From Escherichia coli (GTDB lineage: Bacteria; Pseudomonadota; Gammaproteobacteria; Enterobacterales; Enterobacteriaceae): a DNA stretch of 64,000 nucleotides. The stretch is taken from assembly GCA_902500055.1 (NCBI GenBank), contig GCA_902500055.1_4131.1. The stretch is one strand, 5' to 3'. The notes beneath the pieces are model-generated. The model worked only from the letters and a program-made list of their open reading frames with translations. It made no database searches and had not been told where the DNA came from. Positions within the stretch are counted from its first letter, which is position 1; each line of letters begins with the position of its first letter. Both the position numbers and the translations under genes were made by a program. Shown piece after piece: positions 8,811 through 18,553 of the stretch.

Positions 8811-9206
8811 TTAGATAACCTGGCGGCGTTTACTGTATACTGTTACACGATTACCCTTACGATCATGTCGGATCTCTTTCTGGTTGCGAATCAGTTCACT
8901 TGGACGCTTAAGGTTTGCCAGGTGATCCGCGTGAGTCCATGCGGTGTGGTTTACCTGTACTTTGATATCAGAATCAGCGATAAACTCATCTTGTGCGTCA
9001 AGTATTGCCGCCAGCATATCCGCTCGTTTTAGTTCTGCTGCTGTTAGTACTGGCTCAGGTGAATTCACAATATCAGAGATTTCTTTGAACTGTACGGCCC
9101 AGCGTTGACCTTTCGGTGCTGTCGTTCCCATGTCTTTAAATGCTGCTCCTTCCTCGCGTGCAACAATACGGGCAGCTTCACGGGTAGCGTAGAATTTAGT
9201 AATCAT
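8811..9206 (-). CDS. hypothetical protein (paralog of 20866-21132)
   Basis: Shared motifs YFATRE.AR, FKDMG, RWAV, RKGNRVTVY. Confidence 0.6.
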   Translation of the reverse strand: MITKFYATREAARIVAREEGAAFKDMGTTAPKGQRWAVQFKEISDIVNSPEPVLTAAELKRADMLAAILDAQDEFIADSDIKVQVNHTAWTHADHLANLKRPSELIRNQKEIRHDRKGNRVTVYSKRRQVI

Positions 9207-9301
9207 GGTATACATCCTATTAGTTGAGTTAGTACTACAAGTTAGAGTCTATTATAAAGTACTATCTGGGCAATGTCAAATAGTACTTTAAATGGATTCT
9301 A

Positions 9302-9625
9302 TTACATGTCTTTCTTACGTTTTACATCGTAGTAGCGAACTGTTATTTCTTTGTTAATCTCTTTTTCGATGCGGTGAATAACTTTTTCTTTCGGGTTGAA
9401 ACCTATAACGGTTTCTTTAATGATCTCCAAACCAGTGTATTCGCCTTGCGTACCGTAACCGTATGTAAAGGTTTCGTGTCCCAGGTCTTCCCAGCGGTCG
9501 CCAATTAACGCAGACACGTAGCAAGAGTGGTAAGTATTGCCGTTCCGATCAGTCCAGCGATTAACTTTAATGTCAAAGGAGGTTACAATTTTCAATTCCA
9601 CTTTCTGGGTAAGGATCATAGCCAT
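9302..9625 (-). CDS. hypothetical protein (paralog of 15258-15602)
   Basis: ORF track 107 aa; shared YGYG core and C-terminal VKRKKD. Confidence 0.6.
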   Translation of the reverse strand: MAMILTQKVELKIVTSFDIKVNRWTDRNGNTYHSCYVSALIGDRWEDLGHETFTYGYGTQGEYTGLEIIKETVIGFNPKEKVIHRIEKEINKEITVRYYDVKRKKDM

Positions 9626-9712
9626 TTTTATTTCTCTCTCTTTGTTAGGAGGGGAACCATTTCCCCGCCTTGATGTAAACTATTATACAGTACTAAGATA
9701 CTTTGTCAATAC

Positions 9713-9988
9713 TTAAGTATTGTAAATGTCGTGAATAGTGATAAAGTTTTTACGCCCGTAAACCTGTAAATCGGTATTAATGTAATGCTTATCAAGTACA
9801 TCCTCGACGCTTAAAGCCGTGTCGTGAATATCTTCGTAGAATTGAGGATCTACAATCTTGCTTAAGTCATCCGGCGTTAACTTATCGTTAAGCCATTGAA
9901 CCGCCTGGATATCTGCATCACGTTTCCATTGTTCCAGGTTAGTAGTCAGTACTTGTTCGATTTCGTTAGCTGTCAGTAGAATCCGCAT
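9713..9988 (-). CDS. hypothetical protein
   Basis: ORF track 91 aa; preceded by long duplicated leader. Confidence 0.55.
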   Translation of the reverse strand: MRILLTANEIEQVLTTNLEQWKRDADIQAVQWLNDKLTPDDLSKIVDPQFYEDIHDTALSVEDVLDKHYINTDLQVYGRKNFITIHDIYNT

Positions 9989-10002
9989 TTTAATGTTTCC
10001 TT

Positions 10003-10190
10003 ATCAGTGGTTGATGTAAGTATTATACTCGTTTACTTTCTATTGTCAAACTATTTTATCAGGGGAGTTTTTCGTATGTCTTACTCCTGGACTACTTAAC
10101 GGGGTTACTTGTTTCGTTCCCCGTCCTGATGTAAAACATTATACTTGATTCTAAGTACAATGCAAGTACTTTTTAAAAATAGTTTTCAGT
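10003..10190 (-). repeat. duplicated leader cassette with tandem promoters (copy 1 of 2)
   Basis: Near-identical to 20138-20320; contains TTGACA-16-TATAAT plus PeSL-type promoter and two hairpins. Confidence 0.6.
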
Positions 10191-10312
10191 ACTTGATAGT
10201 ACTAGCCACCAGCAAACAATAGATACATTTATGCACCCGGTGGGCTAATTTGTTTCTATGCGTATATAATAGCAAAGGGACTGACCGGAGTCAATCCCTT
10301 TTTCAATTATTT

Positions 10313-10462
10313 TTAAACTTCTTTCGGGTTGCGATAGGTGATAGCGTTCGGGTACATTTGTTTAATGTTATTCCATGCCTGGTTAACATTATAACCACTT
10401 GAGCGAATCAGTTGGTTACTACCGACACCTTGAAACACTACTTCAAATAAGAATTCTTTCAT
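10313..10462 (-). CDS. hypothetical small protein (49 aa, below ORF-track cutoff)
   Basis: Manual translation MKEFLFEVVFQG...; ATGA overlap with upstream gene stop. Confidence 0.4.
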   Translation of the reverse strand: MKEFLFEVVFQGVGSNQLIRSSGYNVNQAWNNIKQMYPNAITYRNPKEV

Positions 10463-10632
10463 GCTTTCACCTCGCTATCTGCTTTGCCTTTACGCCAGGC
10501 CGTTGCTAATTGTTCGCGTTGCCATAAGTCGAGTGATACGTAAAGTTTTGCATTATCACCCTTCGGATATTCGCCAGTAGTACCAATCCGATAAAACAGA
10601 TCTTTCAGTACTGTTAATTCTACCTGGACCAT
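10459..10632 (-). CDS. hypothetical small protein
   Basis: ORF track; start trimmed to Met35 (MVQVELTV) with AGAGGA RBS. Confidence 0.5.
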   Translation of the reverse strand: MVQVELTVLKDLFYRIGTTGEYPKGDNAKLYVSLDLWQREQLATAWRKGKADSEVKA

Positions 10633-10718
10633 TATACTTTCCTCTTTGTTAGGAGGGGAACTATTCCCCTTCCGATATAAAACATTATACACTTTATTCA
10701 GTACAGTGCAAGTACTTT

Positions 10719-10931
10719 TTAATCTTTCAGCCAATGATCCTGAATGAATTTTTCACCGAAACCTTGCTGCATTGATTGTAACAGACGTTCGCGATGAGCG
10801 GCGGCGAATTGCTCAGTACTATGCGTTACACCTGGTTGATATCTGGATTCACCATTGGGGGCGATGTATTGTACATCCCACGGTTTTTCGTTAGTATCAG
10901 ACCATTTACGAACGATTAGTTGACCTTGCAT
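10719..10931 (-). CDS. hypothetical protein
   Basis: ORF track 70 aa. Confidence 0.5.
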   Translation of the reverse strand: MQGQLIVRKWSDTNEKPWDVQYIAPNGESRYQPGVTHSTEQFAAAHRERLLQSMQQGFGEKFIQDHWLKD

Positions 10932-11017
10932 TTTTCTTTCCTCTTAGTGGGGAGAATCATTTTCTCCCCTTCATGTAACTTATTATACAGTACTATAATC
11001 TATTGTCCAGTACTTTT

Positions 11018-11206
11018 TTACAGTTTATGAATTAATTCTTTATCTAAGCGATAGCGTACATTATTAATGGTAACAGCATTATTTTTAATGCTACGCTGTA
11101 CGGGTCCACCAGCAATAACAAACGTTGCTTTATTGCCCCGAACAATGATAGCACTTCCAGGATTACCGAAATCATCTTGTACTAAAATACTTGATAAGTT
11201 TTCCAT
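11018..11206 (-). CDS. hypothetical protein
   Basis: ORF track 62 aa. Confidence 0.5.
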   Translation of the reverse strand: MENLSSILVQDDFGNPGSAIIVRGNKATFVIAGGPVQRSIKNNAVTINNVRYRLDKELIHKL

Positions 11207-11284
11207 TTTTATTTCCTCTTAGTAGGGGAAGATGTTTCCCCTTGATGCAAGTACTATAACAGTACTGAAAACTAAATGCAAGTA

Positions 11285-11641
11285 CTATGATAAAATCATG
11301 ATAGGATATTCACTATCTATCAATACCTCGAATCCGAAACCTTCGTACCATTCTTTAAGATTAAAGGCGTTATCTTCTCCCGTATCGCATTCTAAGATGA
11401 TACAATCTGAATCATCGGCGGCATCGATAAAGGCATTCATTAATTCGTTACCTTCACCATTGCCCCGACTATCAGGATCAACATAAAGAGAATCAATAAA
11501 CGCTACACGGTCATAATCAAGATCCGGTGCAATGATTCCACGTTTAACAAACCAGTACTGCAATTGTGCTACTTTGCCCTGTACCTGATAACCAGTGATC
11601 TCTCCATTGTCAGTAGTACGCGTGATATGTTGTATTCCCAT
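11285..11641 (-). CDS. GNAT-like N-acetyltransferase (putative)
   Basis: Motif YVDPDSRGNGEGNELMNAF (R-G-x-G-x-G acetyl-CoA loop) and C-terminal WYEGFGFE. Confidence 0.45.
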   Translation of the reverse strand: MGIQHITRTTDNGEITGYQVQGKVAQLQYWFVKRGIIAPDLDYDRVAFIDSLYVDPDSRGNGEGNELMNAFIDAADDSDCIILECDTGEDNAFNLKEWYEGFGFEVLIDSEYPIMILS

Positions 11642-11705
11642 GATTACTATCCTCAGTTAAGATATAAAACATTATACACTATCTTTCAGTACTGTCAATT
11701 ACTTT

Positions 11706-11963
11706 TTATCTCATAGATCTATGCCAACAATTACGCGGTTGACGTTTAAAAATACTATCATGATCCTCCTGGCAAGTTATGCAGTACTTACACCCCTTAA
11801 CGACCTGGCGGCGATTCTCAGGGATTTTATCGCCGCAGTCGAGGCAATGTATCAGTGATTCTATTTGTGCGTTAATTTGCGTTCTAGCGTGGTTAACAGC
11901 AGCCTGAATCACTGCGTTAATCTCGTCTTGTTCGGCCCCATCTTTCGCGAATCCTACAGCCAT
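11706..11963 (-). CDS. TraR/DksA-family C4 zinc-finger protein (putative)
   Basis: CLDCGDKIPENRR...CKYCITC four-cysteine motif. Confidence 0.55.
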   Translation of the reverse strand: MAVGFAKDGAEQDEINAVIQAAVNHARTQINAQIESLIHCLDCGDKIPENRRQVVKGCKYCITCQEDHDSIFKRQPRNCWHRSMR

Positions 11964-12293
11964 TATTTTAACCTCATTATAAAAATACTATAGTACTGTA
12001 ATGCGACAATAATATTACTTGTTCTTACTTTTTCCAATCCACATGATACCACATATTCATTACCATATGTGCGGAACGATACACCATGAAAATTTTTATA
12101 CACTTGCACTACTAATCATAACCTTTCGTCTAACCAACTGCATAGAATTATACTACTTTACGCAAATTGATCAAGTATTGATCAGATCATTTTTGATCAA
12201 TATTATACAGTTACATTTGTGCACCCTATGGGTTAGTGACGTTCTCGTCTTGATGTAAGTATTATGCCAGTACTGGATGATATTGTCAATAGA

Positions 12294-12491
12294 TTATTTT
12301 AATTTTTTTCTGTCATTGATTAATGCTTTCAGTACTATACTAATGATTTGCAATGATTCATCAATGACTATAAAATTATTTTCTTTCATTAGATGATAGT
12401 TACCATTGATTGTATATTCTAAGGAGTACTGTTTACGTTTAATTTTTGATAATGTTTCTATTTGTTTTTGTACTGATTTCATGCTAATCAT
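12294..12491 (-). CDS. hypothetical protein
   Basis: ORF track 65 aa. Confidence 0.45.
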   Translation of the reverse strand: MISMKSVQKQIETLSKIKRKQYSLEYTINGNYHLMKENNFIVIDESLQIISIVLKALINDRKKLK

Positions 12492-12596
12492 TGGTAAACG
12501 TCCTGTAACGCATTCTAACGAGATAAACGGTTGAGTACTGGCATTGTATAGGGTAATGAATTAAAGCCCACCAGCGTTAACCAGTGGGCTATAATC

Positions 12597-12740
12597 TTAC
12601 ATCTTGCGGATAATCTTAACAGTATCTTTCACCGATTTACCGTTTTGCTGACATTGCTCGATCATCGCGTATTGTTCTGCGGTCAGATCCTCGCCAGTTT
12701 TTGCCAGTACTGCGTCGATGAATGAATCCAGTGCGATCAT
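12597..12740 (-). CDS. hypothetical small protein (47 aa)
   Basis: Manual translation MIALDSFIDAVLAK...; RBS-like AGAGAGAGAAACAAA upstream; hairpin downstream. Confidence 0.4.
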   Translation of the reverse strand: MIALDSFIDAVLAKTGEDLTAEQYAMIEQCQQNGKSVKDTVKIIRKM

Positions 12741-12832
12741 TTTGTTTCTCTCTCTTAGGTTAAGTTAACTACTGTTTATAAAACTTATTATACAGTACTA
12801 TCAAACGTTGTCAATAGTACTGGTAATATATT

Positions 12833-13045
12833 TTAATTGATGATGGTTAATGTAAAGTTATAATCCCCTGCCTGGTATAGTACTTTATCGCCGAACGTGC
12901 CGACACGTTTCATATTGCAATAGATACCCATAACACTTTTTACATCTTTGATATTCCGAACGCCCGTAATATCCTTGTTTAAATGATCGTGATCAGAAAA
13001 TAAAACTTGTTTTGCATTTTTCAGTACAGTGCAGATATTAGCCAT
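12833..13045 (-). CDS. hypothetical protein
   Basis: ORF track 70 aa. Confidence 0.5.
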   Translation of the reverse strand: MANICTVLKNAKQVLFSDHDHLNKDITGVRNIKDVKSVMGIYCNMKRVGTFGDKVLYQAGDYNFTLTIIN

Positions 13046-13141
13046 TTTGTTTTCTCTCTCTGTTAGTGGGGAGAAGTTTTTCTCCCCTTGATGTAAACTA
13101 TTATACAGTACTATAATCTATTGTCAAACTATTTTTTTATA

Positions 13142-13483
13142 TTATTCGAAATCTTCTGGACCGGACTGATAATCATCTTCACCGTATGCACTTTCTAACT
13201 TCTCGCCAGTGTGATCATCAGTTAGTGAATCATCCTCATAATTCACGTCTACGCCTACAATGTAAAACTGGCTATCGTCTGGATCATTGAAATTAATTTT
13301 CTGAATGTTTACAATAACTGTATTGATGCCCAGGACACAGCCATCAGCCGTTACAAAGTACTGATATTTTTCACAACCGCCTGAATTGAAACCGTAATTA
13401 ATTTCGGCCCGACCATCATTTAAACGCAGTGCCTGGGCGATGATTTCATTTTCAAAGTTAGATTGAGCAATTGAGATAGTCAT
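13142..13483 (-). CDS. hypothetical acidic protein
   Basis: ORF track 113 aa. Confidence 0.55.
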   Translation of the reverse strand: MTISIAQSNFENEIIAQALRLNDGRAEINYGFNSGGCEKYQYFVTADGCVLGINTVIVNIQKINFNDPDDSQFYIVGVDVNYEDDSLTDDHTGEKLESAYGEDDYQSGPEDFE

Positions 13484-13697
13484 GATTTGTTTCCTTATTA
13501 CCAGGGGAAACCGTTTCCCCTTTCGATGTAAAACATTATACGCTTATTGAGATAGTTTGCAAGTACTTTTTAAAAATAGTTTTCAGTACTCAATACTTAT
13601 ATAATAGATACACTTATGCACCCGGTGGGCTAGTGAGCTATCTCTCAATGAATATATAATAGCAAAATGGCTGACCGAAGTCAACCACTTTTTTCAT

Positions 13698-13832
13698 TTA
13701 TTTTTTAGCTTTCAGTACTGCCGCCTTTCGCGTCATGCCTTGCTTAATGTACTCCTTTACTTTCGCTTTACGTGCTTTCGCTTTATCTGCTTTCGTTTTA
13801 GGAGTACTGTAAATTAAACCGTTAGGATTCAT
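13698..13832 (-). CDS. hypothetical small basic protein (44 aa)
   Basis: Manual translation MNPNGLIYSTPKTKADKAKARKAK...; terminator hairpin downstream; weak RBS. Confidence 0.3.
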   Translation of the reverse strand: MNPNGLIYSTPKTKADKAKARKAKVKEYIKQGMTRKAAVLKAKK

Positions 13833-13918
13833 TTAAATCACCATAAAGAATAGATAGGTTACTAACAATGCCGCGATCAATGCACCGATCACCGCTGAAC
13901 TGTAATAAGCTAATGATT

Positions 13919-14071
13919 TCATTTTTTAGCCTGAAAATAATGTTTAATTTGAGCGGCGGTCAGTGCACAATTACGCAGGAAGTTTTCTGTATAACTTTTG
14001 CGAGTACTGAAAGAGAATTGACCTTTGCCGTTACCGATAGTAACATCAAACCGAGCGTTGTATTGTTTCAT
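13919..14071 (-). CDS. hypothetical small protein
   Basis: ORF track; start trimmed to Met11. Confidence 0.45.
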   Translation of the reverse strand: MKQYNARFDVTIGNGKGQFSFSTRKSYTENFLRNCALTAAQIKHYFQAKK

Positions 14072-14152
14072 TTTGTTTCTCCTGTTATTGGGGAGAATCA
14101 TTTCTCCCCTTCATGTAAACTATTATACAGTACTAAAAACTAATTGCAAGTA

Positions 14153-14299
14153 CTATTTTTTAGATTTACGCAAACTTTCTACCATCTCAGGAGTAAGGCC
14201 CGGCGGGTAGGAAACTACTTCATCAACGAAACGTAAAGGGAATACCCCAGCGAAAGGTGAACGTGCTTTCTTAGTATTACTCTTTTTTGATGCTTTCAT
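14153..14299 (-). CDS. hypothetical small basic protein (48 aa)
   Basis: Manual translation MKASKKSNTKKARSPF...; AAGGAA RBS; PeSL upstream. Confidence 0.4.
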   Translation of the reverse strand: MKASKKSNTKKARSPFAGVFPLRFVDEVVSYPPGLTPEMVESLRKSKK

Positions 14300-14368
14300 T
14301 TCATATTCCTTAATTAGTGGGGAGAATCATTTCTCCCCTTCATGTAAAACATTATACGCGTTTAAAAA

Positions 14369-14578
14369 CTAATTGCAAGTACTATTTGAAAGTAAATGCT
14401 CATACGCTGCATTAACTACGTTTTCAATAACCGACTGTACAGAAAGATCCCCCACGTCCTGGCTATAGTAGAAATCGCTTACAGTGGTGTCATCGTATGC
14501 AAATACTTTACCAGGTACGGCATCAATCACATACATATTAACCTTTAAGATGTCGATCTTATCCTGTACAGTAAGCAT
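14369..14578 (-). CDS. hypothetical protein
   Basis: ORF track 69 aa. Confidence 0.5.
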   Translation of the reverse strand: MLTVQDKIDILKVNMYVIDAVPGKVFAYDDTTVSDFYYSQDVGDLSVQSVIENVVNAAYEHLLSNSTCN

Positions 14579-14583
14579 ATTAA

Positions 14584-14856
14584 TTAACCTTTTAAGTACT
14601 GGCTTAAGTAGTCTTGTTGATCTTCGGTGATTGCAGCCATCTTCCCTAGTACTGGATTGATGATATAATCCCCTGTAACGTCCTGTAACGCATTCTCAGG
14701 CGGTTTAACGGCTGGGGTAGCCATAGCCATTGCCTGGACTTGTTCGACGCTGTAACGCTCATATAGGCGGCATTCTTCCGGTGTTAACATAGCATCAGTA
14801 CGCTTCATCGGTTTAATGATGCTTTCGATCTCATTCAGTACTTGATTAACGTTCAT
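14584..14856 (-). CDS. hypothetical protein
   Basis: ORF track 90 aa. Confidence 0.55.
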   Translation of the reverse strand: MNVNQVLNEIESIIKPMKRTDAMLTPEECRLYERYSVEQVQAMAMATPAVKPPENALQDVTGDYIINPVLGKMAAITEDQQDYLSQYLKG

Positions 14857-14907
14857 GGTATAATCCCCAATATAAGCGGCCTGAATCGACCGCTAACGAT
14901 GTTTTGA

Positions 14908-15177
14908 TTAATAGGTGTATGGTTGACGCTCAAACAATGATTGCACGTTGTACGCCCCGCTTATGGGCTTCGCTGGTAAATCAATTTTATATTGTTCACG
15001 CTTAAAGATAATAAAACGGCAATTGTTTTTAACATCAAAATTGATTGAACGTTCCAGGAGTTTACCATCGTGCACAAATACAAGATAACCGCTTGGTACT
15101 TGTTTTGTAGTACTGGTTGCAACCATAGACCGCCGAACATGTGTACCTGCATCGATTAAAGTACTGATATTTTTCAT
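14908..15177 (-). CDS. hypothetical protein
   Basis: ORF track 89 aa. Confidence 0.5.
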   Translation of the reverse strand: MKNISTLIDAGTHVRRSMVATSTTKQVPSGYLVFVHDGKLLERSINFDVKNNCRFIIFKREQYKIDLPAKPISGAYNVQSLFERQPYTY

Positions 15178-15257
15178 TATACGATCCTCTTAAGTTAATT
15201 TAATTTCTTTCCCCTATGCAGACACTATATCAAAGTATCTGCATAAAGTAAAGCTAA

Positions 15258-15602
15258 TTAAAGATCTTTTTTGCGTTTAACATCAGTTACCGAACTGTAA
15301 ACAGTGATATTATTGTCACGGCAAAAACGGGAAAGATAAGAACCGCGTAAAAACTCTTTATCTTCCATATTAATAACCTTGCTAAATTCTTCCATTGCTA
15401 CAGTGTCAAAGTGATCCCCGTATCCATATTGGAACGGCACGTTTACTACTTCAATAAAATTACCATCAATTTCTACGTCTACACTTAAAGAGAAATAAGT
15501 GTTACCATATGAAGCCTGGAACCAACGCCGAGCGGCAATATGTACAACTTCAACAGAAGACAGGTTGATATTTTGTTTTGCGATAGTGTTGATATTAGCC
15601 AT
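15258..15602 (-). CDS. hypothetical protein (paralog of 9302-9625)
   Basis: ORF track 114 aa; shared C-terminal VKRKKD and YGYG core. Confidence 0.6.
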   Translation of the reverse strand: MANINTIAKQNINLSSVEVVHIAARRWFQASYGNTYFSLSVDVEIDGNFIEVVNVPFQYGYGDHFDTVAMEEFSKVINMEDKEFLRGSYLSRFCRDNNITVYSSVTDVKRKKDL

Positions 15603-15690
15603 TTTAATTTCCTCTTAGTTGTCTTGATAAAATCTATTATGCCAGTACTATCAAACTATGTCAATAGTACTGTGATAATATTTTTACTTA
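15603..15690 (-). repeat. about 90 bp promoter-region direct repeat (second copy 15897-15990)
   Basis: TTGTTTCCTCTTAGTTGTCTTGATAAAATCTATTATGCCAGTACTATCAAACTATGTCAATAGTACTGTGATAATATTTTTACTTAC occurs twice. Confidence 0.7.
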
Positions 15691-15896
15691 CTTTCTTTCG
15701 CTGCTTTGTGCGTTGCCACTGCCATAACCACATCAGCACGAACAAAGTTTTTTACCGTGTCAGTGTAGTAATTGATTGCATCGTCAACATCTGTAAAAAT
15801 CCGATACATGCCGCACCACGATACTTTATAACCTTCTTTCACTTCTTCCAGCTTAACCAGTGATTTGTTTACTTTGATTTTTGTGATGATAGCCAT
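15684..15896 (-). CDS. hypothetical protein
   Basis: ORF track 70 aa. Confidence 0.55.
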   Translation of the reverse strand: MAIITKIKVNKSLVKLEEVKEGYKVSWCGMYRIFTDVDDAINYYTDTVKNFVRADVVMAVATHKAAKESK

Positions 15897-15977
15897 TATT
15901 GTTTCCTCTTAGTTGTCTTGATAAAATCTATTATGCCAGTACTATCAAACTATGTCAATAGTACTGTGATAATATTT

Positions 15978-16121
15978 TTACTTACTTTTTGCTTTCTTTG
16001 CTGCTTCCACCTGGTCGGCCCACTCTTTACCCCATACCTGAGCGTTATAGTGATACTGACAAAGAGCAACGCCCCGCTTTAAACCAGTAATAGATTTCTG
16101 ACCACATTGACAAGTTTTCAT
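15978..16121 (-). CDS. hypothetical small Cys-containing protein (47 aa)
   Basis: Manual translation MKTCQCGQKSITGLKRGVALCQYHY...; AAGGAAA RBS. Confidence 0.4.
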   Translation of the reverse strand: MKTCQCGQKSITGLKRGVALCQYHYNAQVWGKEWADQVEAAKKAKSK

Positions 16122-16207
16122 TTTAGTTTCCTTGTAGTGGGGAGAACCATTTTCTCCCCTTGATGTAATGTATTATACTTTATTCGATTTACTTTGCAAG
16201 TACTTTT

Positions 16208-16435
16208 TTAATTTAATTCATCAAGGCAAAGGATACGCTCAACGCCCAAATCAGTTAAACTAATCGACGGCACTTGATAGGTTTCAATGTATGCTACACT
16301 TGCCCACTGACCGAACTCATTAACGGCCCAGGTATTCATTGCATTTTGCAATTCCGCACCTTCCTTGTTGGTAATGACTGCAACTACTTGTTCGTTGCCA
16401 GTAGTACCAGATACGCGAGTAATGATAATAGCCAT
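16208..16435 (-). CDS. hypothetical protein
   Basis: ORF track; start trimmed to Met20. Confidence 0.5.
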   Translation of the reverse strand: MAIIITRVSGTTGNEQVVAVITNKEGAELQNAMNTWAVNEFGQWASVAYIETYQVPSISLTDLGVERILCLDELN

Positions 16436-16669
16436 TGTTTTGATTCCTTTGATTTGGAAGGAGAACCGTTTCCCCCTCTCGATGTAAAACATTATACGCT
16501 AATCTCTTAATCGTGCAAGTACTTTTTATTACTTTTTGCAAAATACTTTAAACGCACTCAATCGCATTCTAACGACTTTAACGCCACCAGCTAGGGCAAT
16601 GCATCAGATAAACAGTTTAATACGTTAGAATCGTTTCTAGGCGGTGCTGGTGGCCTGGTAAACGATAAA

Positions 16670-16700
16670 CACAAAAAAGCCCACTGTATAAGTGGGCTAA
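16670..16700 (-). terminator. intrinsic terminator
   Basis: Minus strand hairpin AGCCCACTTATACAGTGGGCT followed by TTTTTTGTG. Confidence 0.55.
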
Positions 16701-16719
16701 TGATTCAGTACTTTAATTG

Positions 16720-17202
16720 TTATGCTTCAACTTTGCGATGAGCTTCGATCCATTCCTCGCGAGTCATACCACTGGAGTTAATCGCATCCAGTACTACCGC
16801 AATGCAGTTACCACGCACCGGAATCAGATATTCTTCCCCGTTATCAAGTACTACCGCTACACGTTCTTGAATCCATTTTTTAGCTTTTACTTCTGGCTTA
16901 TCTTCACCGTACTTTTTCGCCAGGGCTTTTTGTGCCATCTCTGTAACTACTTCCAGATCCAATCCAACTACTGCCGCCTGAATACTTTCAATTGTTGCTT
17001 GTAGTTCTGCTTCACGGGCCGCCTTTGCCGCTTCAATTTCTGCCGCTTTATTTGCTTGTAGTTCTTTCGCAGTACTGTAAGCGATGTTAAAATTATTGCG
17101 TACCGCTTTCATGGTATCGTTATCCAGTTCAGCCAGGATCTCAGCCGCGACGTTAGTTTCATTTGCTACCAGTGCTTTGATGAATGATTTTACATTAGCC
17201 AT
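16720..17202 (-). CDS. hypothetical Ala-rich coiled-coil protein
   Basis: ORF track; start trimmed to Met6 with GAGGA RBS. Confidence 0.6.
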   Translation of the reverse strand: MANVKSFIKALVANETNVAAEILAELDNDTMKAVRNNFNIAYSTAKELQANKAAEIEAAKAAREAELQATIESIQAAVVGLDLEVVTEMAQKALAKKYGEDKPEVKAKKWIQERVAVVLDNGEEYLIPVRGNCIAVVLDAINSSGMTREEWIEAHRKVEA

Positions 17203-17401
17203 TTTATAAATCCTCAATTAAAGTTTAGTTTACGTTTATTAGTGTATCAAAGTTTTCTCGACGTGTCCAGTTTTTCGTTCGACTTACTGGCGGTCTACTT
17301 AGTGCTCCCCGTCTTGATGTAATACATTCTACGCTTTTCTGCGGTAATGTCAACTACTTTCTTAAAACTATTTTCAAAGTATCTCAGTACTACGATACTA
17401 C

Positions 17402-17431
17402 AAAAACAAAAAAAGCCCACCAGGTGGGCTA
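17402..17431 (-). terminator. intrinsic terminator
   Basis: Minus strand hairpin AGCCCACCTGGTGGGCT followed by TTTTTTTGTTTTTG. Confidence 0.6.
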
Positions 17432-17436
17432 TGTAC

Positions 17437-17667
17437 TTAATCAGTGAGTAAAATATTAAACACTTTACCATTTAACGTTATTGGTGCACTGCTACCAGGC
17501 TCAAGATCCGTTAATATACCTGCAATCGCTTTATCATTGGCGACCTTTCCAGTGTCCAACAGTACTACAGTACTGATAAGATTAACGCTCGTTTCAATAT
17601 CATAATGCACGGCGTTAAGTAGTTGTGTAGTACTGCTTTCGTTAAGTAAAACAATTCGCTTAGTCAT
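17437..17667 (-). CDS. hypothetical protein
   Basis: ORF track 76 aa. Confidence 0.5.
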   Translation of the reverse strand: MTKRIVLLNESSTTQLLNAVHYDIETSVNLISTVVLLDTGKVANDKAIAGILTDLEPGSSAPITLNGKVFNILLTD

Positions 17668-17688
17668 GATGTTACCCCGTAGTATCTA

Positions 17689-17988
17689 TCAACGGCAATT
17701 AATAACGCCGGTATGCGTTACTTTCTCAGTATCCATTACAGTGACCGAACCGCGTTTAGTACTGGCATCATAATAAATTGTCGTGCTACCGTTTTCGTCT
17801 TCTTCATGGAACGGGCCGTTTTTAAATGCTTCCGGCTGAATCTCCAGATCCTTTAATACAATCTCGCCAGTACTTTCATCGGTCATTGCAACAGTGCACT
17901 GAATGAATTTTTCACTACTTACATCTAATGACGCATTAACAGCGAAAGAGGAAACAGATAAAGCCAGGGCGATGATTGTAATTTTCAT
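17689..17988 (-). CDS. secreted protein (signal peptide)
   Basis: N-terminus MKITIIALALSVSSFAVNAS. Confidence 0.55.
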   Translation of the reverse strand: MKITIIALALSVSSFAVNASLDVSSEKFIQCTVAMTDESTGEIVLKDLEIQPEAFKNGPFHEEDENGSTTIYYDASTKRGSVTVMDTEKVTHTGVINCR

Positions 17989-18072
17989 TTGATTATCCTT
18001 AGTTACCAGGGGGAACCGCTCCCCCTTGCGATGTAAAATATTATACAGTACTAAAAACTATTATCAAGTACT

Positions 18073-18309
18073 TTATGATTTTTTATAAAACATTTCAGCA
18101 GTGATATTTTTACCCGTTGGCTGTACTTTATCCAGAATTTTTTGATGCCCTGGTCGTCCAAAGGAATATGATCCGTAAACAGTAAACCAGTAGTTGCCAT
18201 CAGTGTTTACATGTACAGCACAATAGGGTACGCCCCGCGATTCATCACTAGTAAAGTGTGCTACCGTTCCCGTTACATTCGAAGTCGTTGATTTGATTTG
18301 TTCAAGCAT
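18073..18309 (-). CDS. hypothetical protein
   Basis: ORF track 78 aa. Confidence 0.5.
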   Translation of the reverse strand: MLEQIKSTTSNVTGTVAHFTSDESRGVPYCAVHVNTDGNYWFTVYGSYSFGRPGHQKILDKVQPTGKNITAEMFYKKS

Positions 18310-18553
18310 TTTATTATTCCTTAGTTACCAGGGGGAACCGCTCCCCCTATGCAAAACATTATACGCGTTTAAAAACTAATTGCAAGTATTTTAATAAAAA
18401 GTATTTGAAAAATAGTTGTTGACAAGTGCATCCAGTACTGGCATAATTACTACATCAAGACGAAACAGTCACTAACCCACCGGGTGCCGAGATCCGTCTA
18501 TTAAATGATTCAGTACTGAAAAAGTAACGGGGAGTTATTATCTCCCCGCGTTG

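Noticed and set aside
14961-16541. ORFs 14961-15152 and 16320-16541
   Set aside because: Both overlap better-supported ORFs (14908-15177 and 16208-16435) in another frame and run across a PeSL cassette.
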